From: Camelus ferus
Taxonomy: Eukaryota
NCBI RefSeq assembly: GCF_009834535.1
Contig: NC_045696.1
Span: 5,582,001-5,646,000 of the forward strand
DNA: 64,000 nt
Direction of reading: 5' to 3'
In this document: piece after piece, positions 52,550 through 64,000 of the stretch
Numbering within the stretch: the stretch's first letter is position 1
Layout of the letters: each line of letters begins with the position of its first letter
Translations under genes and position numbers: made by a program
The notes under the pieces: generated by a model
The model's input: only the letters and a program-made list of their open reading frames with translations
Database searches by the model: none
What the model was told of the DNA's origin: nothing

Positions 52550-54995
52550 AGTGTGCTCTAAAAAATGAGAATTAAAAATATTTACTTTTTCAGAGTTTGC
52601 TCTTTCTGCCTTGAAGATTTCTAAAGTATTTGATAAGATACTTAAGAAACACAGGTCTTTTCAGCCTCAACTAGTAAATCTTAAGCTCGATTCTTTAAAA
52701 CAAGAATCTTTAACTTTTATGACAGGTAGGGAGTTCAGATTTCCTGGGAGCCATGAGAGCACGGAGAGGCAGGGGAAGGATATTAGGGGAGAAAGCTGGA
52801 TGTAAGCTCTCCCTTGTAAAGCAGGGAGAGAGTCCTGTTCCTTTCTTCTCTGGAGCCTCAGGAAACTTCAGAGAGAATATGCCAGAAAATGGGCGTGGCC
52901 ATAACCACCAGCTTAGAAATCCAACAGGAGAGGCTTCAAGATCCATTGGTCGAGGCAAACACACACACACACACGGAGACACAACCAGGGAATTTTAAAA
53001 TAAATTTGTGCTATCATATGCAACCATATGCACATAAATACTATGCAGTCATTAAAAAACAATTTTGACAGGAGAAAAGCTTAATGATTGATAAAATATT
53101 TAATGAAAAGAAAGATCCAAAATTTATTTTAAAAAAGAAAAGTAAATATACCTCCACACAATGGATTTCTGTGCATCTGTAAAAAGGAATGAGGACTCTT
53201 TACATTGTAATATGAGTAATCGCCAGGATACATTGATAAATGAAAAAGGCAGGCAGAGGAGCGTGCAGCATGCCAGCATGTAAGTAAAGGAGACAGAACA
53301 AATACATCCACATATTTGCTTATAATTAGAAAAACCCGTAGTAGGATGACAACGGAAGTGGGGAGAGAGCAGCAAGTAGAAGGGACAGCTGTAGAACCTA
53401 GGTTTCCTCAAATATATTTTTGGTAGATTTGACTTTGGAACCATGTAAATGTTTTGCATAATTATGAAGCAGAATGAAATGTAAAAAAAATTGGAAATCA
53501 TTCCCTAAAAATACAAAGTAAAATGAAGGAAAAAAATGAACCCACTGCATATTCACTGTTGGCATAATGTCACAGAGAGACACCATTCCAGGCGACCTAA
53601 AGCACGTTAATTTCACTGCATGTGCCTAGTGAAACACACTCCCGCTGACAGTGTAGGAATGGTGATTTTGAGACTGTTGTGTATATCTTAGGAGATAAAC
53701 CACATGGTGAACTATATTCATGTCATTGAGAACTGGGATTTGGGGATGGAAGAAAGAAAATACAGAAGTCAGATAAGGTCAAATAGTAGACCTGGCTGTG
53801 AATTTAAATGAAAGTATGAATTTATGACATTCTATCTTTAAAAATAAGTACATATTTCCTAATGCGACCAACTCACCTGCAGGGAACACCCCTAGTGCAA
53901 GCTTGTTCTTCAAAATCCATAACCCACTAAAAAGAACTGAGTCACCTTAAAAAAAAAATTCTAGGTCTGGAGCATGAAAGACGTACTATGTGAGCCCGGG
54001 ACACTGTCCTACAAAAAAGCAAGAAAAGTGTAAGAACTATCAGGGGAACGTCAGAGAGACTCAGGAGCCATCAGTCTGGAATAGGTTCCTAATGGCCAGA
54101 GATGAGGCGGTTTAAGGACTGATAAAGGGAACTGCGTGGACAGAAACTTATCAAATGTATAGAAATCAAAAAGTTCATAAGGCTGCTTACAAAACAGAAC
54201 ACCTCAGTGATTAGTCATCTTGAGTATACTAGGGAACCTAGCACACTATTTCAAAAACTGGTAAATAAAGGAAAGGAAACAATTACTTTCACCTTTCCCA
54301 TACCCGGAGTAATCAAATAGTTTCTGAGGAGGGAAGATCCTCTTTGTAAAGGCATTCTGATCAATAATGTCAAAGGAATGATAGGATGACAATATCACTA
54401 TTTTGGAACTTTTAATGAGTTAGTGAATCTAAGCAATGATCGTCACAAAAGGGAAACCATCTGACGCTGTGCACTTCCTGACTCCTGTACACACCTCCAC
54501 CCAGGGAGTGTTCCTGCCAAAAAAACCTATACCTTGATTGATTAAACATTTAGATCTAACAACCAATTTAAAAGAAATACAGGGGTCAGGGGAACATGAT
54601 AGATAACACCTCAGGGACACAATCAACATCACACTGTGGGAAACTCTACAGCACAAACAACCCAGTTTCCACAACAAATAAATAGCAAAGTGAAACAAAC
54701 AAAAGAGATGATGGTGGGAACTTACAGAAAAGAGACCATGACGGAAAACTCAACAATGGAAAAACAAATGACCCAATTCAAAAATGAAAAAAATTACTGA
54801 AATAGACATTTCCCCAAAGATAGACAAATGATCAACTAGCACATGAAAAGATGCTCAAGTGTTTATGAGGGAAACACAAATCAAAACCACCATGAGGATG
54901 GCTACTATCAAAAACAAGTATTGGCCTATTTACAATAGCCAAGACAGGGAAACAACCTAAATGTCCATCAACAGATGACTGGATAAAGTTGTGGT

Positions 54996-55012
54996 GTATA
55001 TATATATATATT

Positions 55013-55048
<36 letters not shown>
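54996..55048. repeat. (TA)n(CA)n compound microsatellite inside L1
   Basis: Direct observation. Confidence 0.93.
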
Positions 55049-55050
<2 letters not shown>

Positions 55051-55145
55051 GGAATACGACTCAGCCATAAGAAAGACTGAAATAATGCCATTTGCAGCAA
55101 CATGGATGGACCTGGAGATCGTCATTCTAAGTGAAATAAGCCAGA

Positions 55146-55325
55146 GGGGAGGGAATAGCTCAAGTAGAGTGCATGCTTAGCATGTCCGAGGTCCTGGGTT
55201 CAATCCCCAGTACATCCTCTAAAAATAAATAAACCTAACTAACCCCCCACCTCCACCAAAAATGAAAATAATTAAATAATACAATAACAAATAAAATATT
55301 TTTTTAAGATACGTTAAAAAAAATA
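55146..55325 (+). mobile_element. tRNA-derived SINE adjoining an L1 3' fragment
   Basis: tRNA head, B box GGTTCAATCCC, family tail. Confidence 0.88.
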
Positions 55326-56057
55326 CATGGAAGAAAAATAAGACACCCAGGGAGTGTGTTACACAAAGTAATTTAAAACCACCCATTGTGACACTTCCTC
55401 TGACTCAGTCATTGAACCCAGGCCTCTCACCGATGGTCCCTCCTGCGTTCAGGATATACTCCTACCTCCCACCAGTCCTGTCTCATCCGGAAGGATGAGA
55501 CTGCCTTTCATGCTTCATGGTCACCTCTAGGGCCGACCCAAGGGAAAGAGGAGTAGAAACTTTAAGGATGTTTTAGACTCCTGACTATTCCAGAGATTTG
55601 AGCCTAAGGGGACACAGAACCCCATTCAATTTAAAAATACAGCAGACTAGTGAATAAAACAAAACAAATGTAGATTCACAGATCTAGAGAGCAAACAGTG
55701 GGGAGAGGGGAGGGGGAGAATGGGGTGGGGATTAAGAAGTCCAAACTATTATGTATAAAATAAGCTACAAAGATATATTGTACAGCACAGGGAATACAGC
55801 CAATATTTTATAATAACTATTCATGGAGTATGACCTTTAAAAATTGTAAATCACTATATTGTTCACCTGTAACTTGTATATTGTACATCAACTATACTTC
55901 AATTTAAAAAACAAAAAAAACACCTTTTTTTCCCTCAACAAACTAGGATTTCAAACTTTTTGTTTTGCCAAGACTTTAAAAAGTCAGCACTGAGATTTAA
56001 AGCTGAACAACAATGTCTTTGTTGCAGGCTGCACCTCTGGCACTCGCTGTGTAAATG

Positions 56058-56240
56058 CAGCCCCGTCTAACAGAATTTTGTGTGAGGAGAGTGTTCGGTC
56101 CCACAGATCAACACTGTGGTCCCCACTCACATGCAGCGACTGAGGGCTTGAAATATGGGTCGTATGACTGAGGACTGAATTTTTTTGTAATTAATTTAAA
56201 TCACAGCGGGGTTCGTGGCCACCGTATTGGACCACACAGA
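56058..56240. mobile_element. MER3-like hAT-Charlie element
   Basis: GTCTAACAGAA...GACTGAGGACTGAATTTT...GTGGCCACCGTATTGGAC. Confidence 0.6.
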
Positions 56241-56530
56241 ACAAAAACTTCATGACACAGTCCCAGGGGACAGAAAAACTACAGTGAAAGGAACTGGCTT
56301 GCAGAGTCTTCAGAAATGTTGTCCCCATCACAATGGTTTGTCACTGTTAAAAAGCTAGTACTTTCTGATGTCAGAAATGATATATAACAAAATGGCCCAT
56401 TTCTCTTTCTGCTGGAATCTATAGTTTTGCTCAAAGACCGCTGAGCTCACCCTAAATCGTTTTTTACAAGAACCTCAGGTTGAGAAAAAGCAAACATTTA
56501 TAGAAATGTTGGTACTGCAATTCCCTTTAG

Positions 56531-56677
<147 letters not shown>

Positions 56678-56949
56678 TAATTTATATCATCAAAATTTTT
56701 AAAAATTTTTTTATTTAAAAAAAATCATTGTATTAGGCATTGAAACATTTTGTGGTTCTAGAATAATGAAACCTAACATGGTTGAAACAGCTAGAGGAGA
56801 AGAGAGATCCTTTCCTGTCTTCCCATCCTCTGTCCTCTCTGTCCTTACTCAGGCAGGTTAGAGGGTAACTTTTCAGCTTGAAGCAAAACGTCTGCCAGAT
56901 ACTGACCTTTCTAAGTATGTCCCTTAGCCAGTGTGTGGATGTTTAAAGT

Positions 56950-57320
56950 TACCTTTATTTCAGTACAATTTACCTCAATAAAATGCATGCATTTTAAGTG
57001 TGCAGTTCAGTAGGTTCTGACGAGCGCGTGTACCCACGTAACCACCACCCCGCCAAGATGCAGAACATCCCATCTCCTCAGGAGGCCCCCTCCTGCCCTG
57101 GCAGTCCGCGGTCCCCCGTCCCCGGCCTGCGGCCACCTCTGGTTTCCCTTGGGTCACAATAGCTTAGTTTGCCTGTTGTGGAATTTCCTGCGTGGGCTCA
57201 TGCAGCAGGTCCTCTCTTGTGCCTGGCTGCTTTTGTTCAGCATGACGTTTTTAAGATTCATCCATGTTGCGCCATGTGGTTAGTTTGCACCTTTTTATTG
57301 CTGAGCAGTATTTTTTCCTT
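56950..57320 (-). mobile_element. L1MB-like 3' UTR fragment
   Basis: TTTAAGTGTGCAGTTCA...ACCACCACC...CAGCATGACGTTTTTAAGATTCATCCATGTTG. Confidence 0.75.
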
Positions 57321-57689
57321 CAGGACAGGACGTCCTTATTTTCCCCTCCAGATCTCCCAGCCCAAGATTCTGCTCAGAAGACGTTCAGTAGGAACACTCC
57401 CCTCTCATTTTGCTAGAAGTAACAACATGTTTACTTTTAAAGGCTGTGACCTCAGATTTCCTGGCCTTCCTTCCTTTGTTCCCTTCTGGCTCATAGACCA
57501 GAGTGACAGCCAGCAGAGAGGACGCTAAAATCAAGCAGGGGGTCATTTAAATGGAATAACACTTCCAGGAAAGGGACTGCTGGGTTTAGTGGTCATGCCC
57601 TTTGGCGTGGGCAGCGCAGCCATCAGTGGCCAAGAACTCTGGCACAGGAGACCTTGGTGGCTCACCCTCTCACCATTGCATGTCTACAG

Positions 57690-57799
57690 TTTTGGTTTTT
57701 GGTTTTTGGTGTTTTTTGTTAATGGAGGTACTGGGGATTGAGCCCAGGACCCCGTGCATGCCAAGCACGGGCTCTGCCCCTGAGCTATACCCTCCCCCC
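57690..57799 (-). mobile_element. tRNA-derived SINE
   Basis: Reverse-complement head (GAGCTATACCCTCCCCCC); degenerate TSD tgtctacagtttt / tgtcttcagcttt. Confidence 0.88.
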
Positions 57800-57931
57800 G
57801 CCTGTCTTCAGCTTTGAACCCTTCTGCAAGCAGGGAAGCCGTGTCCTCCAACAGCAGTGCTGACCCAGCCTAACTCCTGCTTGTTTGGTGCTCTCTGCCT
57901 GGGAACCCATAACCCTTGTGGCCCAAAATGA

Positions 57932-58546
<615 letters not shown>

Positions 58547-59679
58547 TAGTCTTTTTTTTAATTGAAGTAGAGTCGATTTGTCTCCTTTACGCTTAGTTTA
58601 TTCTTTTAATTGTGAATTACTGTGTGTGTATAAAAGTACACATAAAAGAGAGATCTTCCATTTAAAGAACCGTTGTAAAATGAACACCTGTGAAGCCACT
58701 TCCTTGCTTAAGCAGCAGAACGTGGGTGTCCCCTAGGACACCCCGTGGGCCCCTCGTGACCACAACCCTCCCCTGCCCCCCAGAAACACCACCCTCTTCA
58801 GTTTGATGCCAGTCATCCCTTCCTTTCCTCACCCTCCCTATCCTGCGCGGACCCTTCAACAACGTGTTCAGTTCTGAAAAACTGAGTCACAAACCCAAAC
58901 CCAGCTGAGCCAAGGGCAGCACTACCCCTCATGGAGACTAACGAAGCATCCAGAGAAGGCAGGCTGGACGGAGGCTGGCTGCAGCTTCCCGAAGGCCTGG
59001 GGCACAGCCAGAGCCCTGGTCACGGGTCCTGGGAGGAGGGGCCCATGGGAGCCGGGTGGCCTCAGGGCTGCTCTGCAGGTGCAGGGAGAGTCCCGGGTGG
59101 GCTGCTCGGTGCTTCTTGTGCTCAGATCCCAGAGCTGATGTCCAGCTCTCAGGAGTCTGTCAGAGCAGAGCATTCCTGGGGGGTGAAACCAGGGTCCTCG
59201 GCCAACCCAGACTGCCGGGACCAGAGGGTGGGGACACCTCCGCCAGGCCCTGGTCAGAGTGGACCCGGGATGCTGGAGGCTGGAGGGTCAGCCCTTAATG
59301 CTTAAGCCCCTTGGCCTCCGGCCTGTGCCCCATCCCTCTGGAGCACAGCTGTCATCCTGGGGCCTCCCTTCACCTTTCCCGCTGGCGCCTGGCGCCCCTT
59401 CTTCACTGGGCCTTCTGTTTCTTCCGCCAAATCCTCCCCTTCCTTGGTTAACACCATCACATCCTGCCAGCACAACCTCTTACTTGCTCCCTGAGAATGG
59501 ATGCGTGTGAGGTAAATCTGTGTGCCTTTCATCCCGAGGTGTCATTATCCGACCCTAGACTTGACTAATAATTGACTAGAAAGAAAATTCCGGGTTGGAG
59601 ATCATTTTCCCTCAGAATTTTGAAGATGCTGCCCCGTTGTTTTCATGTTAACATATTGCTCAAGGGAAATCGGGTGAAA

Positions 59680-61030
59680 CCGCACACGGCTGGGCAGGCC
59701 CAACCTCCCTGGAGAGAGCAGTCACTGGGAATAGCCCCCCAGGTTCCCCCGGAGCCGCGGGGAGGGGCCTCAGTACAGGCCGGGAGGGGCCACACCTGAG
59801 CTGTGCGGTGTGGCCTTAGAATGAAGTTTAATTAACACCCCGGGCCCCACCCGGAAAGCCACGCTGCCTGGTGCAGGTCCTGCTGTGGTCCCCGGTCCAT
59901 TGACGTTTTCCACCTATTTTTTTTTGTCCTTTTGGTACTTCATATCGTCCTAGGAAGTTGACTCACTCACTCGACAACTATTTTCTGAGCATATGCTGTG
60001 TGTCAGGCTCTGATCCAGGCATTGGGGGTTGGGGGCAGCGGAGAGGGCAACATGCCCGCCCTGGGTGCGCGTGTCCCGGGGCGGGAAGATGTGCGGGACG
60101 TTTAGGTGAGCGGGTGGCAGGCGCTGCAAAGACGGGCCAGAGAAGGAGGTGGGGAGGGGGCCGTGGTGGGGAGATGAGGGTGTCGATGGCACCTCAGTAG
60201 GACTCGCAAGGAGGGAGGAAGTGACCCACGGGGTCATCCGAGACGAGCACTCCAGGCAGAGTGCCCCGCAGACGCCCGGGGAAGGGGGAGAGATCACGCA
60301 AATTTTATGAATGCCATTTTTCTCTTGTTTCATGATTCTCATTTATTCGGTGTGTGTATAAATTCACATGACAGCGCCTTCCTCTGTATTCCAGTGTCAG
60401 ATGCATGTATTTTCTTTCCTTTTTGTCATTTTAATGTGCCCGACCGGAGGTGTAGCTCAGTGTGCTAAGTATCCAGCTTGCAGTAGAAACCCATCACTCT
60501 TAAAGACACTAAGCTGGCTGCGTTTCTAACACAGGCTTATCCCAGGACGGGGGGCGTCCGGAAGCAGAGCCGTCTCTGGAGAACGCTGGGCCGCAGAGAG
60601 AGACAGTGGCCGATCCAGACAGGAAACCCACGTTACTGAAGGAACAGGAACTGCCACCGAAAGGCGCTCAGATGACCCATCCTGAAGGGGAAGGCGGTCA
60701 GGAGGACGAGCCAGGAAAAGAAGAGTTTAGACGAAGTCCGGAAGTCAATGACACGGGCGACGTGCCGGATAAAAACGCCGCTCCAAGTGTCAAGACACCC
60801 TTCAGACAGAGAAAGCGTTACTCCTTCACAGAAGCCACGGAAAACCTGCACCAGGGGCTTCCCGCCGCGGGGGGCGCGGCCGCCCCGGGCGGCGCCAGGG
60901 CCGCGCTCGGCACCGGCCGGCGTCGCGGGCCCGCGGGGGAGCCGAGGCCCGAGGGGCCGGCCGGCGCCGGCCCGCCCTCCTGCGGGAGGTCCTCCCGAGC
61001 AAGCGCGAAGGACACGGCTTTCAGGGAGAA
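59680..61030. other. Intragenic GC/CpG-rich domain over the last LCA5L intron and exon
   Basis: Many unmutated CpGs; 60861-60980 has only 8 A/T in 120 nt. Confidence 0.75.
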
Positions 61031-61259
61031 GAAAAGCAGTCTGATGGAAGAGCTCTTCGGCTCAGGCTGCATCTTAAAAAACGACCAAGCTGGTCCTGCG
61101 GTCGTTAAAGAGCCTGAGGAGAGGCTGCAGAGTGAGATGCACCGCGTGCCTCCTGGTCAGGCCTCCGCCAGCAATGCTTTCGGAGATTCTAAAGTAACTG
61201 TGGTCAGTTCTATCAGGTCATCTTCACCGACAGAAGGAAAGAGGAAAATAATTATTTAA
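60535..61259 (+). CDS. LCA5L: LCA5L terminal coding exon
   Basis: ctaacacag|GC; continues in frame into ORF 60606..61259 with [26 protein letters not shown] and C-terminal [13 protein letters not shown]. Confidence 0.95.
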
Positions 61260-62100
61260 ATATAATCAATATCCTAACCCACTCTGGTTTGATATTCTGG
61301 TCTTATGTGCCTTGAATCTTACCATTTTAATTACATACGTGTATGTGTTTTCACTACTTAAATCGACTTTGGATAATTAAGGTTTTGTTCTAGTGCTCAT
61401 CTGACTTTAAAATCCACTGTACATTAGCCAAGGACAACGTTTCAAAAACAAAATTACATCTTTTTTTCCCTACAACTGAAACATGTCCACTATCTTTTGG
61501 AAGACTGATTTATCATATGGTTCAATATTCCATGAGCCTCTGTAGCCAGTAAGTTAGTCAACCCAAGACATACACATCTCCTGCAAGTGAGAACTGTGTC
61601 AGGAGTCAAATGACTCTAACTTAAAACCACGGAAGCAGCTCTGAAAGGAACCCATATAATGAGAAGCCTCTCTTTAAATTTAAATTTTAAAAAAAGCAGT
61701 GATGACCAAGCTTGGTTTTATGAAAATTATTTTTGAGTGTTCTCTTATTCCGCTAAACTGGGCGTCTAATGTCCTGCCTTTGTAGGTGACACTTTCCTCA
61801 TGTACACCTACGGTTCAGCATTTTTTATTTATATTTGTTGCACACCTGTACCTTGACCCTTTTTCTGTCAATCTTCTTAGAAACAAGCATAATGGTATAA
61901 TTCGTGTCCATTCAAGTGAGCTGTTCAGTCCTAATGAATGTATTTGTTACACCCGGAATATTTTATATTCGGACTATACAGAGGGGGCTGTACTCCCAGT
62001 GTTAATCCATTAACTTACCTTCATTTATTGACAAGGGAAACTTATTTATGATTTAGACCATACTATTTCCAAACATGTTTATGGGTTGGTGTGTAATACT

Positions 62101-62541
62101 TTTGACAAAAAGAGCAAATAATGGTTGATCTAAGAAAGAAATGGAAATTTTATTTGAACCAGGCTGAGGATTACAACCTGGGAGACAGCCTTTCAGAAAG
62201 CTCTGAGGGCAGTTCTGCCCATTAGAGGTCAAAGCACAGTTATGTAAGTTTTTTAGACAGAGGTTATATGTCAAACGTATTATTGACAGTTTACACAATC
62301 CAGATCTACACTACAAAGCAGTGGGGTCACTGCACCTTACCAGATTAAGACGGAAGGTTATCTTCTAAGGAGTCATGACCTTTCATGAGATTAAGAAGGA
62401 ATGTCTCCTCAGGAGACTGGTTAATGCAGACGTATGATACACACCCAAGGGAGGGGGAGGCCCAACCAGCAGAGAAAGTTTTTATGTTTGAATTTTCTTG
62501 TCTTGCCAGAAAATACGAATTGTATTTCATCAATATCAACA
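62101..62541 (-). mobile_element. Solo ERV LTR-like element downstream of LCA5L
   Basis: Ends (T)TTGAC...TCAACA, near-TSD tact/cact, TTTATT near the left end (AATAAA on minus), MER41-like GAGGATTACAACCTGGGAGACAGCC. Confidence 0.6.
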
Positions 62542-63119
62542 CACTTTTGAAAACTGAGAACAGTAAAATAAACTTCCAAAAGGGAGTGAAAGTCGTGGTG
62601 TAAAAAGAATTGCATTTAAAACCAAAGATGAGATACATACTACGACTGGCATAAGCTTTGATCTTTATGAAAACCACAGTGAGGGGGAAAGAGAAGGCAG
62701 GACAAAAGTGGGAGCAGGAGAGGGGAGGAGAGCTGGAATCCTTGGAGGCGCATACAGGGAGATGCACAAACCCACGTGGAAGGACAGAACTGCCCAGCTC
62801 TAAATGCAGAGACATTTACTAAAAGCGTTCCTGAAACGCTGCCCAGCATGGTACCACAGTCTCACGACGCCAACCCCACTCTACAGAGGATGGAGGAATT
62901 TTCAAGGGGTTCTTCCTTATGCCTCCCCACAACAAAAGCACAAATCATAACTTTAAATCGGAGCTACCTAAAAGTGCTTCTGTGGGGAATTACTCAATAA
63001 AAACATCATCTGTGCCCGTTACTTTGTAGTCATCTTGTTTTAAAATTATATGCATAGGAAGTTACAGGGTAATAAACTAAAATGCTAACCTTTTATCTCT
63101 GAGGAATGAGATTGTGGCC

Positions 63120-63277
63120 AATTTTTAAGTTTATTCTTGGCATTTTTTCTACTATGATTTCCTTTTTTGTTTGGGTTGTGTTGCTGTTGTCGTTTAGTGG
63201 AGGTCCTGGGGACTGAAGCTGGGACCTCGTGCATGCTAAGCACATGCCCTGCCTCTGAGCTACACCCACCTCCTCCC
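63120..63277 (-). mobile_element. tRNA-derived SINE, diverged
   Basis: Reverse-complement GGACCTCGTGCATGCTAAGCAC...TGAGCTACACCC. Confidence 0.8.
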
Positions 63278-64000
63278 AATATTCTATAATGAACATACCT
63301 TTATAATCAGGAGAAAAAAAGGCTTTAAAATAAAAACAAGAAATCCATTTCCTGTAGTCTGGTAGACAAGATACTCTGTCACTCCTGCTGTAAAAAAGCT
63401 AAAAATGCTGTATTAACTATACAAACATATTTTTTAATCAGTTGCTCAGCTGGTAAACACCAGGGAAAGTGGGTGCCCAGGGTGGCAAGGAAGCAGAGCT
63501 CTGAAGTCAGCTTCTGCCTAGCGGGCATTTGCTAAGTATCCAAAAAGCCTTCAGGACAAAACCCAGAGGACAAAGTCAGCCCAAGTAGGTGCCCAACAGG
63601 GGGTCCTTCCCACAAACTGGGACATCCAGCCGCCGTGCGCTACCAAAATTGTCTTAACTCTGAACCTCTGTAGCCACAAGCAGCCCTCATCCTGCTGGAG
63701 AGTCTGAAATTGGGTTACCTGGTCTCTATAATCTAAAATTAAAGTTTAAAGAGATCTAGGCTGGTGGTACCCCCATGGCAGTAGAAATGCAAATCTTCTC
63801 AAGAAGAACCTACCTTTAACCCCGCCCTCAAGAAATTCCCCCAGAGAGGTAAGGAAAAAACACAAGAAAGCAAGGAGCAACAGGATCAGATTTGCAAACA
63901 CTCTGCATTTTAGTAGTAGTATATGGGGACAAAGAAAGTCACCTGCAGCTTCAGTAAACAAAGGATGTCGTGGCCATAAAGCCATCAGTCACGGCAGGGG

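Larger units (their letters stand above)
53000..55920 (+). mobile_element. Cluster of old and younger L1 fragments
   Basis: L1 3' UTR-like and ORF2-end motifs (TTTGCAGCAACATGGATGGACCTGGAG); interrupted by (TA)n(CA)n, a SINE and an unassigned block. Confidence 0.7.

Noticed and set aside
61300..64000. GET1 (WRB) 3' exons expected by synteny
   Set aside because: No GET1-like coding sequence recognised; the gene is presumably beyond the right edge.

Overview
Mammalian genomic DNA, most likely camelid (inferred from 12 copies of a tRNA-Ala-derived SINE resembling camelid Vic-1). It contains two head-to-head genes sharing a CpG-island promoter at about 32.9-33.7 kb. SH3BGR is on the minus strand, with five coding exons visible and its 3' exons beyond the left edge. 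LCA5L (lebercilin-like) is on the plus strand, with all seven coding exons present. The rest is intron filled with L1, L2, MIR, SINE, LTR and DNA-transposon remnants. Top observations: (1) a +1 G frameshift with premature stop in LCA5L coding exon 5, next to an in-frame cryptic donor that could bypass it; (2) a 93% GC patch in the last LCA5L exon recoded to Gly/Ala/Arg/Pro, a GC-biased gene conversion signature; (3) a candidate muscle enhancer with a perfect oestrogen response element in SH3BGR intron 1; (4) TSD-flanked orphan or chimeric retro-insertions; (5) a 314-codon antisense ORF over SH3BGR exon 1. Comparisons to human and mouse proteins and repeat-family names are from recall, not from alignments or searches.
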